Position numbers and translations under genes: made by a program. The notes beneath the pieces are model-generated. The model saw only the letters and a program-made list of their open reading frames with translations. It was not told the origin of the DNA and did no database searches. 64,000 bases of DNA from Salpingoeca rosetta (Eukaryota > Protista > Choanoflagellata): contig JAWQFM010000001.1 of assembly GCA_033442325.1 (NCBI GenBank), positions 3,479,413-3,543,412 of the forward strand, read 5' to 3'. Positions 12,591-33,818 of the stretch are shown here, piece by piece; the first letter of the stretch is position 1, and the number at the start of each line of letters is the position of its first letter.

Positions 12591-12840
12591 TGATGATGGA
12601 ATGACAAATGGCTTTTGATTGTAGTTGATATCGCTGTGCAGTTTAGGGAAGGTTTTACGACCGCCCGCTGATGGCGGTGTTGTACATAACAGAGCAACAT
12701 ACACAGGAACAACCGAGCACGATGACAAGTACAACGACGACAGGAGGAGTATCTTAGACACACACACACACACACACAACGATGGGGCTGCACGAGACTT
12801 GAAATGACCCAAGGCAAAACAGCCACACGCACACACACAC

Positions 12841-12906
<66 letters not shown>

Positions 12907-12931
12907 ACACACATGGACGAGCACGGGTTGG

Positions 12932-19764
<6,833 letters not shown>

Positions 19765-22700
19765 ATGGAGGGGAAGGACAACCACGATGCTGATGACGCC
19801 GGCCGTGCCGCTGTGGCGCTGCGTCTGAGGCACGACATGCCACACCTGCACGGTGAGCAGCTGTAGTAACCCTGTGACTGCCGTGGTGCCGCCTGCGTGT
19901 TCGAGAGGCCTGCCAACACAACATTGACAATTGCTGTGGGTCTCGGTTGTGTTTTGCAGACGCGTGCTACCTGGACCATGTGGGTGCGGCCATGTACACT
20001 GCAACCCAAGTCAAGGCATGCTCCGACATCTTGTTGCAGGAGCCGCTCGGCAATCCTCACAGCATTCACCCAAGCAGCACTCGGTCCACGGAGCTGATTG
20101 AGGAGACTCGGCAACTCGTTCTCAAGTAAGTGCGTGGTCTGTGAAACTGTGCGCACCTCTGTTTGATCTGCCTCAATGGTGGGAGCAGGCATGTGTTGTC
20201 AGAGCCGAACAAATGGCATTGTGGATTGGGGGTGCGGGCGGACACGTGCACATGTGCGCACGCATTGCCTGCATGTGATGACTGCGTGCACACACTTGTG
20301 TCGCTTCCCTCAAGTTGCTGACCCTTTTTCCGCGCTCACCGCCACTACACTGCGACAGTTTCTTTGGTGCACGAGCACAGGACTACGACGTCGTGTTCAC
20401 GGCTTCGGCAACGCATGCGCTTCAGCTGGTGGCGCAGGCCCTTTGCCCGGACCCAGACACGAGTGGGCTTGACTCCATGCTCTTCAGCTATTCCAACCAC
20501 AGCCACACCTCCGTCACTGGCATGCGCGCCGCGTTCCAGCAGCGCGGTGCCACGTGTCAGCCGTTTTCGCGACAGCAGGTGCAGCCTGCAAGTGGCAATA
20601 GTTCTGCTCGCTCATCCTCCTCATCGACATCATCAAAATCAACCTTTCGCCACCACCTGATTGCATACCCGGCCATGTGCAACTACTCTGGAGAGCGCTT
20701 CCCTCTCGAGTGGTGTCGCCAGCTCAGATCCAACCACTTGCACATCACCAACGCACCACACGCCATCCCAAACACCATGGTGAGTTCGTGTGTGTGTGGG
20801 GGGGGGGGGTGTGGCTGTTTATTCGGGCACATCGTCTCCTGCAGTTCAACGCGACACTCACACACGCACGCACACACACACACACGCACACACACACACG
20901 CACACACACACGCACACACACCCTCTCACACACACACACACGCACGTATATGCACACACACACTCACGCACATGCTGGCGCACATCTCATTCTCCACAAC
21001 CAATGGTGCGCAGGTCCTGCTTGATGCTGCATCGCACGTGTCCACGAGCCCGCTCGATCTCAGCGCACACCAGCCAGACATGGTGTGTGTCTCCTTCTAC
21101 AAAGTGTTTGGCCTCCCCACGGGTCTTGGCTGCCTCCTTGTTCGCCGTGCCGTCGCCCACGCTCTTCGCCCAACCTACTTTGGTGGCGGGACCGTGCGTG
21201 CGTATTCGGTGCTGCCTGATCACCAGCACGTGGCGCTGGCAGACGACGCCCCAGCGCATGTGCGAATGGAGGCCGGCACACAGAACTTCCTCGCCATCGC
21301 CCAGCTCAAGGTGCGTGTGCGTGTTGTGTATGGCTGTGTTGTGGTTGTGTGTGTGTGTGCGTATATGTGTGTATGTGTGTGGTGTGTTTGCGTGTGTGTG
21401 CGTGTATGTGTGTATGTGCGTGTGTTGGTTGTGCGCGCGTGTGTGTGTGTGTGTGTGTGCTGGTTGTGCGTGTGTGTTTCTTGGAGGTTTCACATTGAAT
21501 GACCCATCTCTATTCTTCGTCTCTGTATGTGCTCGCTTGTTCCTTGCTGTCCTCAATTGGCTCATCTGACTTTGCCCTTCCCTCTTCCTCTTCGACCGTA
21601 CGCTGTTTCCCAGGCAAGCATGGCTGCGTTTATGGCCGCTGTGGGCTCGATGCATGTTGTGCGTGCGTACACAGCAGAGCTGGCATCGTACTGTCGGCGG
21701 CAGCTGCTTGCCCTCCGGCACTCCAACGAGCAGCCACTCGTCACCATCAACTCCCCCTGGTCCAACGACGATCTCAACGACACACAGGTGCTGTGCTGTG
21801 CTGCACCGTGCTGTGTTGTCTTGCCTTGTGTGTGCGTCGTGTGCGTGTGCGCAAAACGTGTAGCTGCTTCAGCGTGTGTTCGCATACTTGCTTAAGCTGG
21901 AGATCAACACACATCGTCCAACTCTCACTCTCGCCGCTGTGCATGACCCCCTGTTTCTCTCTCCCCCACCCCTTGGTTTGTATCCATGGCATACTGCGAT
22001 GATCAGAAGCAAGGCCCTGTCGTCAACTTCAATCTGTGTCGCCACGACGCCTCACTCGTCTCCCCGTCCGAAGTGTGCAATCTTCTTGCCCTCCACAACA
22101 TCCACGTTCGATCAGGTTTGGATCATGTGGGTTCATGGCGTTTCGTGGACTGGTTACATCACCCACACTGTGCACATGAGAGGATATCACGTGAACCAGC
22201 ACGAAGCACACATGCGAACAAGAAGAACGGGCGTGCACACTGACAAACACACACACAGACACACACACACTCTCTCTCTTTCCTGACCTCATTGTTTTTT
22301 CTTCACCCCATTGTCCCACCCTTCCTTTCCCCACCCCACCCAGGCTGCCTGTGCAACGCCGGCGCGTGCCACGACATTGGCGGGTTCGCACAGCAAGACT
22401 ACGAACGCATGCTGCAAGCGGGATACGCGTGTGGAACCACAGAGGACATGCTTGTGAGTCAGGGTGTCACGCTGTAGAACAGCACTCACGTGCAACCATG
22501 GCTTCACACACATGCACACAAGTGCGCATGCACAATTGCCGCACTTTCCTCTGTCGTGGCCTTGCTCCGTCTTGGCTTTGCTTGTTGCTCTCATTGTTGC
22601 TGCTGCTGCTGCTGCTGACATGGCAATGCTTCGGCATATGCGTGTGTGTGTGCTTGCTTCAACAGGATGGCAGGCCCATCGGCGGTGTACGGGTGTCGTT

Positions 22701-24384
22701 TGGTGCATACTCTGTCAAGCAGGTGCGAAGTCTCAACAACAATGACAACACGTCACAGATGCACACATGTAGACGTGACAATGCACACGCAGAGTTGTGC
22801 ACAGCGTTGCGCCATGTCCACGCGCTCACATGCATCCACGTGTACTCGTATGCATCCACCATGTCCATAGGATGTTGATCGGCTCGTGCGTGTGATCCGT
22901 GAGTACTTTGTGGACGCGACAGACGCATTGATGGCGCCAGCGGAGAAGCGGCAACAGCGACAGCCGCAGCACAACACAACAGCACTCCCTGTTGACGCCG
23001 CCACACACACGACAGGCCACAATCTGAAGTATGATGATGCTGATCATGACGACGCAAGGGGCGGTGCCGTTGCCGACAAACAACCACACATTGCACAGCT
23101 CACACTGTACCCTATCAAGTCGTGTGCCGGGCAGTCGGTGCAAGCGTGGCCGCTCTCAACAACAGGGCTCGCATATGACCGCACGTGGATGGTGGTGGAT
23201 GATGCAACCGGCAGAGCGCTGTCGCAGAAGCAGCACGCACACATGTGTCTCATCAAACCCACCGTCGACCTCAGCAGCCACACGCTCACCATCACGGTGC
23301 CCACCACCGGTGCTGCAAACGCAGGCCGTGGTGATGGTCACCAAGACTTGGTGTTCACGATCCCCCTGGACCCGCCAGCCGCCACCGACACCGGTGACGT
23401 CACGAGCAAGCCGGCGAAGGTGTGTGCCGATGCGGTGCAGGCATTTGACTGCGATCCTGCCGTCTCAGCAGCACTGTCGACGTTCCTGGGGCGCCCGTGC
23501 CGCCTGGTACGACAGGCCGGTGCCAGCACACGTGCCTGCCGTGTGGCGAAGGGCGAGTCGACTGCTGTGTTGTCGCTCGCCAACGAAGCGCACTTTCTTG
23601 TTGCTTCCCTCTCGAGTACCCGCAAGCTGCTTGCAACCATGCACAAGAGCGAAGAAGGGCAGCGACTGGTAGACCCTCAAGAGCAGCGGCAGCAACGACA
23701 GCAACGGCAGCAACGGCAGCAAGGGGAGGAAAAAGAAGAAGAACACGGCAACAAGCATTGTGATGGGGCGGGGACAGATGACGCGATGGTGTGGGTTAGG
23801 CGGTTCCGCCCAAACATCGTCATTGATGGCGCTGACGCGTTCGCTGAGGACTTGTGGCGTGTGGTGAATGTGTGCGGTGCGACTGGAACGGCAACAGCAA
23901 AACTGGAGTTTGTACGCTGCTGCCGCCGTTGCAACATGGTTTGTGTCGACCAAGCAACCGGCCAGCGCACAGCCGAGCCTCTCGCGACCCTCTCAAAAGT
24001 TCGCAAGCGCAAGGTGTGTGTGTGTGTGTGTGGGTGGGTGTGGGGGTGTGGGGGTGTGCGTGGTTGTGGTTGTGTGTGTGTGTGTGTATGTGTCTGTCTG
24101 TGTGTGTGTGTGTGGGTGTGGGTGTGTCTGTGTGTGTGGGTGGGTGTGTGGGTGTGTGGGTGTGACAGGTCGCCGAGAACGTACACGTGTGAGACTGACT
24201 TGCCAGCGCTGCTTCTCACGTGCTTTACCTTGACGTTGACCTGTTTTGCTGATGTGACCAGGGCGCAACCTATTTTGGTGCGCTATTCAACGTGGTATCC
24301 AGCAAGGGCACAGATGAGACAATGCTTGCCGTTGGTCAGTCGCTCTCCCTCGTCCAATCCACCGCAGATGACGTGACTGAGTAG
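19765..24384 (+). CDS. MOCOS: Molybdenum cofactor sulfurase (NifS-like PLP domain + MOSC_N + MOSC)
   Basis: YLDHVGA, GNPHS, VFTASAT, HTSVTGMR, LLDAAS, PLP lysine SFYKVFGLPTGLG, YFGGGT, RSGCLCNAGAC, LYPIKSCA, YDRTWMVVD, RFRPNIVI, CRRCNMVCVDQ. Confidence 0.95.
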
Positions 24385-24441
24385 TGTGTGCGTGTCTGCC
24401 TGTTTGTCTGTGAGTAAGTCTGCCTGTTTGTCTGTGAGTAA

Positions 24442-24487
<46 letters not shown>

Positions 24488-24770
24488 ATGTTTGTGTGTT
24501 GTTTGCCACCCTAGGGATCTTTAGAACTGCCCGCTCTGCCACGCCCGTACACCCATAATTTTCTCCTCGCTTCTTGCATCGACATGAAAGCGTGTACACG
24601 TTCAACCCATCTGCAAAGATTTTCCCGCCAAAACGATCAACCCAAGAAAGAGACGAGCAAGAGACAAACCCCGTGCCATCTGCTGCCTCACACACACACA
24701 CGCACACATACACACATACACACACATACACACACATACACACAACTATATCGCTGGGTTCTTGGGGGCG

Positions 24771-27700
24771 ATGGCGTTGCGGCCTTCTGGTACGCGCCTG
24801 TGTCTACCCGCCGTCAAGTAAGTCTCCCACGTGGTATCTTGCGTCCCAAGACGTCAAGAAGCCAAGTTGCTGCCCGCTGAGTTCCATGGGATGTTATGTA
24901 CGCCCTTTGCTTGCCCCGTGTCTCACCGCAATGTACATACATATGTGGTCCGCTCTGATGTTAGGGCATGGCACAGGGTTGAGCCGGCAATGCCGGAACA
25001 TTACATCGAGCAAGAGTTGGACCGCTATTTCCCGCTGCAAGATCATGTGGGTCGAGAAAGGCCAGAGAGGCGACCAGCCAAGGTCGCCAAGAAGACAGAG
25101 CGTCATCGCCCCGCACTGAGACAGAACTCAGCACTCGTGCAGCCAGCGAGGGCAATGCATCCTCACCTTCAAGAACAAGAACAGGGCGGTTCATATCATC
25201 ACCGTGATGCTTATGCTTGGAGTCAAAGCGATCAAGCCCCGTCCTCTCGGCAGTTGAGCACCACCGTATCCTTTACGGGCAGTCCCACGACGATGCGCGT
25301 GCGATCACACCAGCCCCAGCACACGCCGTGTAGCGAATCATCCATCTTCTCGACCCCACATGGCACGCCGTCGTTCCATGACCCGCAGCACCAGGCTGAA
25401 CAAACACCAATAGCGTCACGCTTTCGTGAAGAGCTGCAGCATGCCCACGATGGAGAGTTGTGGCAGAGTCCAAGCTTCGCATCGTTCGCGCCCAATGCAC
25501 CTCCAACCACGTCAGCCGCTAAATTGCATGTGCACCAAGACCTGGGTTCATCATTTGTCTCGATGAGCCCAGCGCATGCCGGAAGTGCTACGTCCGCCCA
25601 CCCCCCTCAGCCTGAGCACCGGAAGCTTGGTGGCAGCACAAGGCAAAGGCAGCCTGGAGCGCAAGAGCAGCAACGGGCGCAACAACACGCAGAGAGTTCA
25701 CGTTCTTCCACGCTTGCAAAGCAGCAGCAGCACAAGCAGCATCTGCCCGATGTCCTCACTTCACGGGTGAGCGTATTTGACGGTGCTAGTCTTGGCGTTC
25801 AGGATCACGAGCACACGCTGTTCCTCGTGATTCAACCACAGAGCAGTGGAGACGAGGAACAAGATGGCATTGTGGTTGAGTTGAGTGTTCGGATGCAGGA
25901 CCAAAGTCCAAACAACAGTTTCGCGCTTCAAGCGTTTCAGCAGTGCCTGGCCAGCGCTCGGGTCATCTACACGCATGGCGGGCGGCGAATGGCGGCTCTT
26001 CTCCTCCAGTGCTGCAGCTCAGCCATCGTGGGGCGTGGTGCAAACGAGTCCATTGCCGTTCGCGACACGCAAGTTGCTGCATGGCTGGCAGACCCAGAAC
26101 GAGCCTGGGATGACATGGATGACGTGTTTCGGCTGTGTCAGCTACGACCAGTGACGCGCGGTGCTGGGGACCTTGGGGACAGTAGCGCAAGCGCAAGCTC
26201 GCAGTGGCTGCACAAGCTCGCAAGTCGACACGCGGCTGCGTTTGACCACCTGTTTGCGCGGTTGCGCGCCTGTGATCAAGCCGAGCTGTACTCCCGTCTG
26301 GAGGCGCCGGCAATTTGGCTCCTGGCCGAGATGCAAGTGCATGGTATCCACATTGACACGGAGACTCTGAAGCAGCAAAGGGTGCAAATCCAGCAGTGCT
26401 TGGCTGAGCTTGAGGCCCGCGCAGAGGCGTTGGTTGGCTTCAAGCTGCTGCTCACCAGCCCCCTCCAGCTTCGCGAATACCTGTATGACCAGCTTCAATT
26501 GCACGTTGGAATTCCCAACTTCCCGCGAACTCCAAAGGGCAAGCTGTCGACAGGGGAAGACGCACTCACGCTCATCAAGGACCGACACGAGCTCCCGAAC
26601 TTGCTGCTCTTGCATCGCAGAGCAGCACGGCTGCTGTGCACGTACATTGATGGCGTTCTCCCACACGTGACTCACGGCATGCTTCACCCTGAATGGCTTC
26701 AGGTTTGAGGTGGTCTGGTGGATATCGGTGTTGGTGTTCTGATGTTCGTGGGTGGTGCGGATAGCGACGTGCTCATGGTGGTGTCTGTGTAGTGACACGT
26801 GCGTGGGTGTGACATGTGATTGTGAAGGTGTTCTGGTGTTTGTTTCGCCGCGGTGGCAGGTGGGCAGGCGTACGTACATGCTCTCTCTAGCTGTTGTGCC
26901 TCTCTCGCCTCCTGTGCACCATTCTTCGTAGCTCGTCTCATCGCTGCGCGCCTTGCCAACCCGCTGTCTCTCTTTCCCTGCTTCACATCCTTTACAGACT
27001 AGTGCTGCGAGTGGCCGCGTGTCTTGCCAACAACCAAACATCCAAAGTGTTCCTCTTCGAGAGACCGCGCTGCGTCTCGATCTCCTGGTTGGTGCGATGC
27101 AGGACATATGTCATTGCAATGTAGACCCACGTAGCGCAGCCGGTTGCACTCGGGCTTGTGGGTGTCCTGCTTCGTCTGTATCTTCGCTGCTTCCTCATGC
27201 ATGCACGCACACGAGTCACAAGAAGGGCATCTCTCATGGTGTCACAATGTTGTGCGCATGGTGAGCTTCTGTTGTGCCTTACGACTCTGCTTTCTCAAAC
27301 CGATATCCCCCACCGCAGGGTGTGCAAGTGTCACCACGGGCGGCATACGTTGCGCCTGGCGGGTGCGTGTACGTGAGCTTGGACTGGCGACAGATGGAGC
27401 TGAGGCTGCTGGCCCACTTTTCAGAGGACGAGGGTCTGATTGCCCTGTTCCAGAACCAGGAGGCAAAGGCAAAGGCAAATACACCACCGAGTACAGCGAA
27501 TGCGACGTCAAGGGAGGAAGGTGGCACATCAGATCCCTTCAAAGCACTGGCCAGCAAGTGGTTCTGTGTTCCGGTGGAACAAGTCACGGTACGCTGTTGA
27601 TGACCGCGGAGTGTGTGGGCTTGTGGGAGAGGTAAAGGGACGCAAGTGTTCTTGTTGTGGTGCTTGTCACGCGTGTGTTGTGGTGCTTGTGACGCATATG

Positions 27701-28459
27701 TGAGACGGTGTGTGTGTGTGCTTGTGTGTGTATGTACTGTATGTGTGTGTGTATGTATGTGTGTATGTGTGTATGTATGTATGTATGTATGTGTGTATGT
27801 ATGTATGTATGTGTGTGTGTGTTGTGCGTTGTTTCAAAGGCGACGGGGGCGCACTGTGTGGTGGTGATGGTGTGGCATATCATACATGCCTTGCTTGCAA
27901 GCACTTGAAAACAGAGCAACCGTGGCCACAAGCTTCATTGAGAGTTGCATGTCGTTCTTTTCTCTTCTCTTGTACTGCCTGCTCCGTAACAGGGTCGACA
28001 ACGCGACCAAGTGAAGCGATGTCTCTATGCGTTCATCTATGGGTCTGGTGCACTGCATCTGAGCAAGGTACTGGAGGTGAGCGTGCACGAGGCAAAGAAA
28101 CTGCTGCAAGCGTTTCGGCGGCGCCATCCGCGCATCCAGCACCTTCGCGACCAGGTCCTCATCAGGTTGAAGGAGACGGGCTTTGTCTCGTGCCTCTCTC
28201 GCCGCCGCCGCTACTTTAAGGACAGCGCCAACGACCACAGCCAACGTGCCGCATTCAACTTTCTCCTTCAAGGTCATTGCAGGGCTGGGGAAGGAGGTGT
28301 GTGTGGTTGTGCATGTGCGTGTGTGTGTGCTTGTGTTGCGCGCATCATGACGTGATGTGAAATGGCAGAGGTTGTGGTGGTGGTTGCGAGTTGCGTGTGC
28401 ATTGTTGCTTGGCCACGCCCTCACGCTGTGAAGAAACAACATCCCACTTCGGCTCCTGT

Positions 28460-28517
<58 letters not shown>

Positions 28518-28664
28518 TTTCCATTGCCGGTTGCTTGCAGGCAGTGCGGCAGACATTTGCAAGGCTGCCATGATCAACCTTCGCGAGTTTCTGCGAGCGA
28601 AGCAGATGCGCTCGTTCATGGTGGCACAACTCCACGATGAGATCATCCTCGGTCAGGCCGCGAT

Positions 28665-28723
<59 letters not shown>

Positions 28724-28730
28724 TGTGTGT

Positions 28731-28776
<46 letters not shown>

Positions 28777-29029
28777 GGGTCTCTGGATGTTGTCGGTGTT
28801 GTAAATGTGCGCGCGTGTGTATTCTTGCCGTCAGTAGTGTTTGCGTCCGACCATGCTCCTCTCTACTGCCTTGCTGCTGGCTTGCTGGCTTGCAGAGTGC
28901 CCAGAGAAGGAAGCCAAGGAGGTGCTCGCGTTTACGCGCGGGCCGGCATTCTGCGAGCCCTTTGGGAGAATGCGCGTCCCTTTCCCCGTCCGACAACGCA
29001 TAGGCCGCACGTGGGCCGACATGAGCTGA
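24771..29029 (+). CDS. POLN: Family A DNA polymerase, DNA polymerase nu-like (start uncertain; long exon ~24965-26702)
   Basis: LLTSPLQLREYLY, STGEDAL, TSAASGRVSCQQPNIQSVP, motif A DWRQMELRLLAHFSED, SKWFCVPVEQVT, motif B RDQVKRCLYAFIYG, QGSAADICKAAMI, motif C VAQLHDEI. No helicase domain. Confidence 0.85.
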
Positions 29030-29392
29030 CGCTGCTGGGGTGTGTGTTGTGTTGTGTTGTGTTGTGTGTTGTGTGCGAGCATGTTGTGCGCGTGTGCCCT
29101 TTGTTGGTCCTTAACAGGGCATCATCATACAACAGCCGCTGGAGGGAGGATGAACTTGCTGCGTTTACTGTGTTTTGAAAAGGAAGCAATGCAAAAGCAC
29201 CAAAGATAGCAGTTACAATACACACACGCACAAACACACATACATGACGCAGACAGACAAGCAACACACACACACACATACACACGCACATACACAGACT
29301 GACTGACTGACTGAGACACAGAGCATCAACGTGGCACGCGCGGTCATGGCAAGCGGAGCAGAAACTGTAACAACAAATGTGATCATGATACT

Positions 29393-31362
29393 CTAAAGGA
29401 GCGTGAACGTGGAGAAGGTGGTACTTCCCCGGTAGCCCTGGTTGTGTGTGTGTGTGTGCATAAGGCAAGGCAGCCAGATCGTGGATCAGAGCCAGAGTTT
29501 CACGGCGACACACACACACACACACACACACACGCACGCACATACGCACATACACACATGCATACGTATACACAGACACAGACACAGGACAATACAACGA
29601 ACGGGCCTCACGCGGTACCTTGAAGCCGAGGTATGCAATGTCAATGTTTTCGCCGCATTCAGACTGCGGTCTGAGCAAGTGGACAAGCACGCGTGATGCG
29701 GGAACAGCGACCTTGAACGGCACCACCACGGGCTGAGACTCCTCCTGCTTGGCGGGTGGAGGACGTGGTTGGGTTTGCGTGGGGGACGGGAAGGTGATGG
29801 TTATGGCGCAACAAAGAAGGGAGAGGGGTGAATAATACGAGAAGGATGGTCCCGGCAGGAAGCAGACGGTGACACAACAAACCAAGCAATAGGCAATAAG
29901 CGACAGGCCAACGAACCGATGTTAGGGAAAAGAAGCACACGGGTTCACTTGGATCCCAGGGCTCATTGTTTCTGCAACCAAGCAACGAAGGGCACGGCAA
30001 CGACGCTCGTGATGAGGAGAGGAATATACTGTTTTGGGGAGAGGGGGGGTGTCGAGTAGCACAGCGGACATATGACTGTGCGTGCTTGTGTTGGTGATCG
30101 TGTGGACGTGTGGGCGTGACAATTACAGCTCGTGAGCCTCACCTCTGCTTTCGCGCCCACAATTCATCAAACTGCTCCTTTGTCATGTCTCTGTACCTGC
30201 GGTGGATACAAAGCATATTGGGCGTGTGAGCACAAAGCAGCAACAACATGTAGTGCAGTGCACAGGCACGCACCCATGCACCCATGCGTGGAGGCAAACC
30301 GTGCACGGACGGGCAGGTGTGAACACAGACACACACATGGACGCGGACACAGACACAGAGACACAGACACAGACACACACACACACACACATACAGACCC
30401 AGACACGTACGCGTCGCTGGCAGATGTGAGCGTGTTTGGAGTTGGCAGGAAGACGAGGCCATCTGCAAGCAACGTGAGCGGTAGCGCAAGGTAATGTGAG
30501 ACGGTGTGTGTGCTGACAACACAGCAACAACGAAACAGACACAAAGAAGAACGCAGAAGACCCACACGAATGTTGTGAAGGTGCTATCACACACACACAC
30601 ACACAGGCACACACAGACACGGACACGGACACGGACACGGAGGCACAACAGCGGCAGCGGCGCGCACCTTGAATTGGCGACGTATATCCAACCTCTGGGG
30701 CGGCAACCATGACGTGGGTGAAGACGGTGGCGTGTTCATCCCGAGTCGGGCTGAGCATAAGGTTGACGTTTCGTCGCTTCTCGCTGCAATACACAGACCC
30801 ATCAAACCGCAACACGTTCTGCGGCTGTCGCGCATGCAAAGGGGGGAAAGCGAGAGCGAGAGAGAGAGAGTGTGTGTGAGTGTGTGTGTGTGTGTGTAAA
30901 TATGAGTGCATTGAACAGGATGTGGGCGCGCTATGGAGCGTGGGCGCACTTCATGTGAGCGCGCGACAATGTGCACAGGGTGACTGGTGGGTCTTGCATA
31001 AAGGCGATACCACGTGTTCGGCGTCGAAGCAGCCACCATCGCATTTGTCAATGCCCACGCTAATGATGCTCAGGCCACGGTTGCGGTCCTCGCTTGCAAG
31101 CAGGCGATGTTCATCCTCAAGCCCTTGCAACCCCACTGCATGTTTAAGGGTTGTGTTTTGGGGAAGGAGGAGGATGAGATGTGTTGGAGAAGGGTTGCAG
31201 GCAGGCAGGCAGGCAGGCAAGTCACCCGATGCATGCAAAGGCGGTACCACCACGTGATCACACGAAAAGGAAGCGCGTAGACAGGGAGAGACGGGGAGAG
31301 GGAGAGGAAGAGGCACGTAAACAAAGAGAGACATCGACAAGTGTACATGTGCACACACATAT

Positions 31363-31400
<38 letters not shown>

Positions 31401-31492
31401 TGTCTACTGAGGTTGACGCGGCGAATGGCCATCAAGCGGCGATGGATGTGGGAGCGGCTCAGCCGACGGCGAACGCTGGTTGGACCTTCCAT
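29393..31492 (-). CDS. Conserved hypothetical protein, probable galactose-binding-like/jelly-roll fold, ~8 exons
   Basis: First and last exon junctions check in phase. Motifs CDGGCF, NVLRFDGSVYCSEKRRNVNLML, AAPEVGYTSPIQ.GLVF, ENIDIAYLGFKGYRG. Confidence 0.65.
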
Positions 31493-31927
31493 CCTGTTGT
31501 GTCCACGTGACTCACTCGCTCGACGTTTCCACCTGGCAACTCCTTCCACGTGTACTTCACCCCCAATCCAGTCCCTCTCACTCTAGCCAGTGCACGTGGG
31601 TCTATCGCGCACACACACGCACAAGCACACGCGCACGCACGCGTGGTGTCTGGGTTGGCTGCCTGCACGGGAGGCCTGTGTAGCCTGTGCTGTTGCTGTT
31701 GCTTCGCGTTATTGTGATGGCGTGGTTTGGTTGGTGTTGCGGCGTTGTTGTCAGCGTCGTCGTTGTTGTCGTGCGCAAAATCACACACACACACGCACAC
31801 ACACAAGACGAAGAAGACGACTCAGCAGACGTGTCCGTGCAAATTACCTGCTTGTGGTGAAGGAGTGAGTGTGAATGCGGGGAGGTGGTCACATCAGGCG
31901 CATCTCGTTAGTGACGGACAGACGGCC

Positions 31928-32398
31928 ATGGCTCACGCTGCGCGTTGTGCCATGTGGCGCAAGGCCATCATGGAAGAGAAGCAGGAGCAGATACACGTGA
32001 GTTTGTTGAGTTGGTTGCGTGCATGTCGGTGTGCGCGCATGTTGGTATGCATGCATGTCGTTGTGCGCGTGTCGGTGTGCGCTCATCTCACACTCACTCC
32101 CACCCTCGCGCGCCCTGTCTCTTTATGTGCAGGAACGCCAAGCAAAGCTGGAAGACTTGCCCACGCACGAGCAGGAGAAGCAAGGGCTATGCCTTCGTCG
32201 ACTGCAGGTCACTGCCCGAAAGCGTGACTTGGGCGGCAGGCACATCTTCACTATGACGTCCACGCGATCCACACCGTACGGGCCCTGCGTCTGGCCCTTG
32301 TGATGTGGGGGAAGAGGGGCCAGTGCTGCGTGTTAGCCAGCTTCTTGTTGAAAGGGGACGAGCGCCCCATCTCCTGCCAACGCGCCTTCCACTCTCAC

Positions 32399-32459
<61 letters not shown>

Positions 32460-33497
32460 ACTGCAACAGGGAAGGCGGCACTGCACCGCTGCTCGCCACC
32501 CGCATCAGGTGCGATGTTGCTATGCCTTGTTTGCCTGCTTGCAGGGACATGTGTTTGGTGGCTGCTCAACTCACTGCTTGCCATCACACATCCGTGGCTG
32601 CATTGTCTTGGCAGCGTGGGCGACGTCGTTTCTGTCGGCACCCTGAAGGATGGCATGCGCGGCTTTGCCACCGGCGTCATCAACAAGATGTCAAGTGCGT
32701 GCGTGTGTGTGTGTGTGTGTGCGTGTGTGTATGTGCATGTGTGTGTGTGTGTGTGCGTGCGTGCGTGTGCACATGCGTGTGTTTGCGAGCACGAGCGAGT
32801 GAGCCAGAGAGAAAAGGGAGGCTGGTTCCACGCTTCACGTTCCCTAACGCTATCTTTCCGCTGAAAGGCATGCAGCTGCAGGTTGCGGTTGAGGAATCAC
32901 AGGTGCACCACGACCAGCCGTGGGAGACAAACACGCTCGTCCTGCGCCAACTCAGCGATACCGTCACTTTTGGAAAGCTGCAGTGGTGCGTTTGGACGTG
33001 TGCACGTGCGTGTCTGCGTATGTGTGTTGTAGGTGTACCTGTGAGTCGATGCGCGCGTGCATGTGTGCTGTAGGTGTGCACGTGCGTGTGTGTGTGCACG
33101 CATACGTGTGTGCATGTATGTGTTCACTGTCCTGTGCGCATGCACATGCACCTTCTTCCACGTTTGCTTTCGGCACACACGCTCACACGATGCATGTGTG
33201 CTGTGCATTCGCAGGACCATTGACAAAGTGGAGAAGGGCGACGTGCAGTGCCCGCGCCTGATTCAGCTCTTGATGGAGGAATCTGTGCACCCACTGCCGG
33301 TACGATTGCATGTCATGCTCACGCGCCCCCCAGATACATAGGCGCACACACGCACACGAAGGGAGAGGCAGGAGCAGCCATACGCACACACACACACATA
33401 CACACGCACACATACTCACACACACACACGCACACGCACACACACACACACACACGCACGCACGCACGCACACATACCCCCCCCCACACACACACAC

Positions 33498-33530
<33 letters not shown>

Positions 33531-33747
33531 GCCATATCGAGCCCAAGAGAACCTGTGGAAATGGCAGGAATATCCAGTACTTTTGTTGTCGCTAAGCTTT
33601 CATCACAGTACCTTTTCCATAGGTCTTCTCTAAACTTTATCAATGGGNNNNNNNNNNNNNNNNNNNNNNNNNNNNNNNNNNNNNNNNNNNNNNNNNNNNN
33701 NNNNNNNNNNNNNNNNNNNNNNNNNNNNNNNNNNNNNNNNNNNNNNN

Positions 33748-33818
<71 letters not shown>

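Noticed and set aside
24771-29029. POLQ or viral/phage polymerase
   Set aside because: No SF2 helicase upstream (MOCOS is adjacent), spliceosomal introns are present, and the motifs are closer to POLN.
33530-33647. AT-richer foreign-looking sequence in IGHMBP2
   Set aside because: It abuts an N gap right after a microsatellite, so it is most likely a degraded read end.
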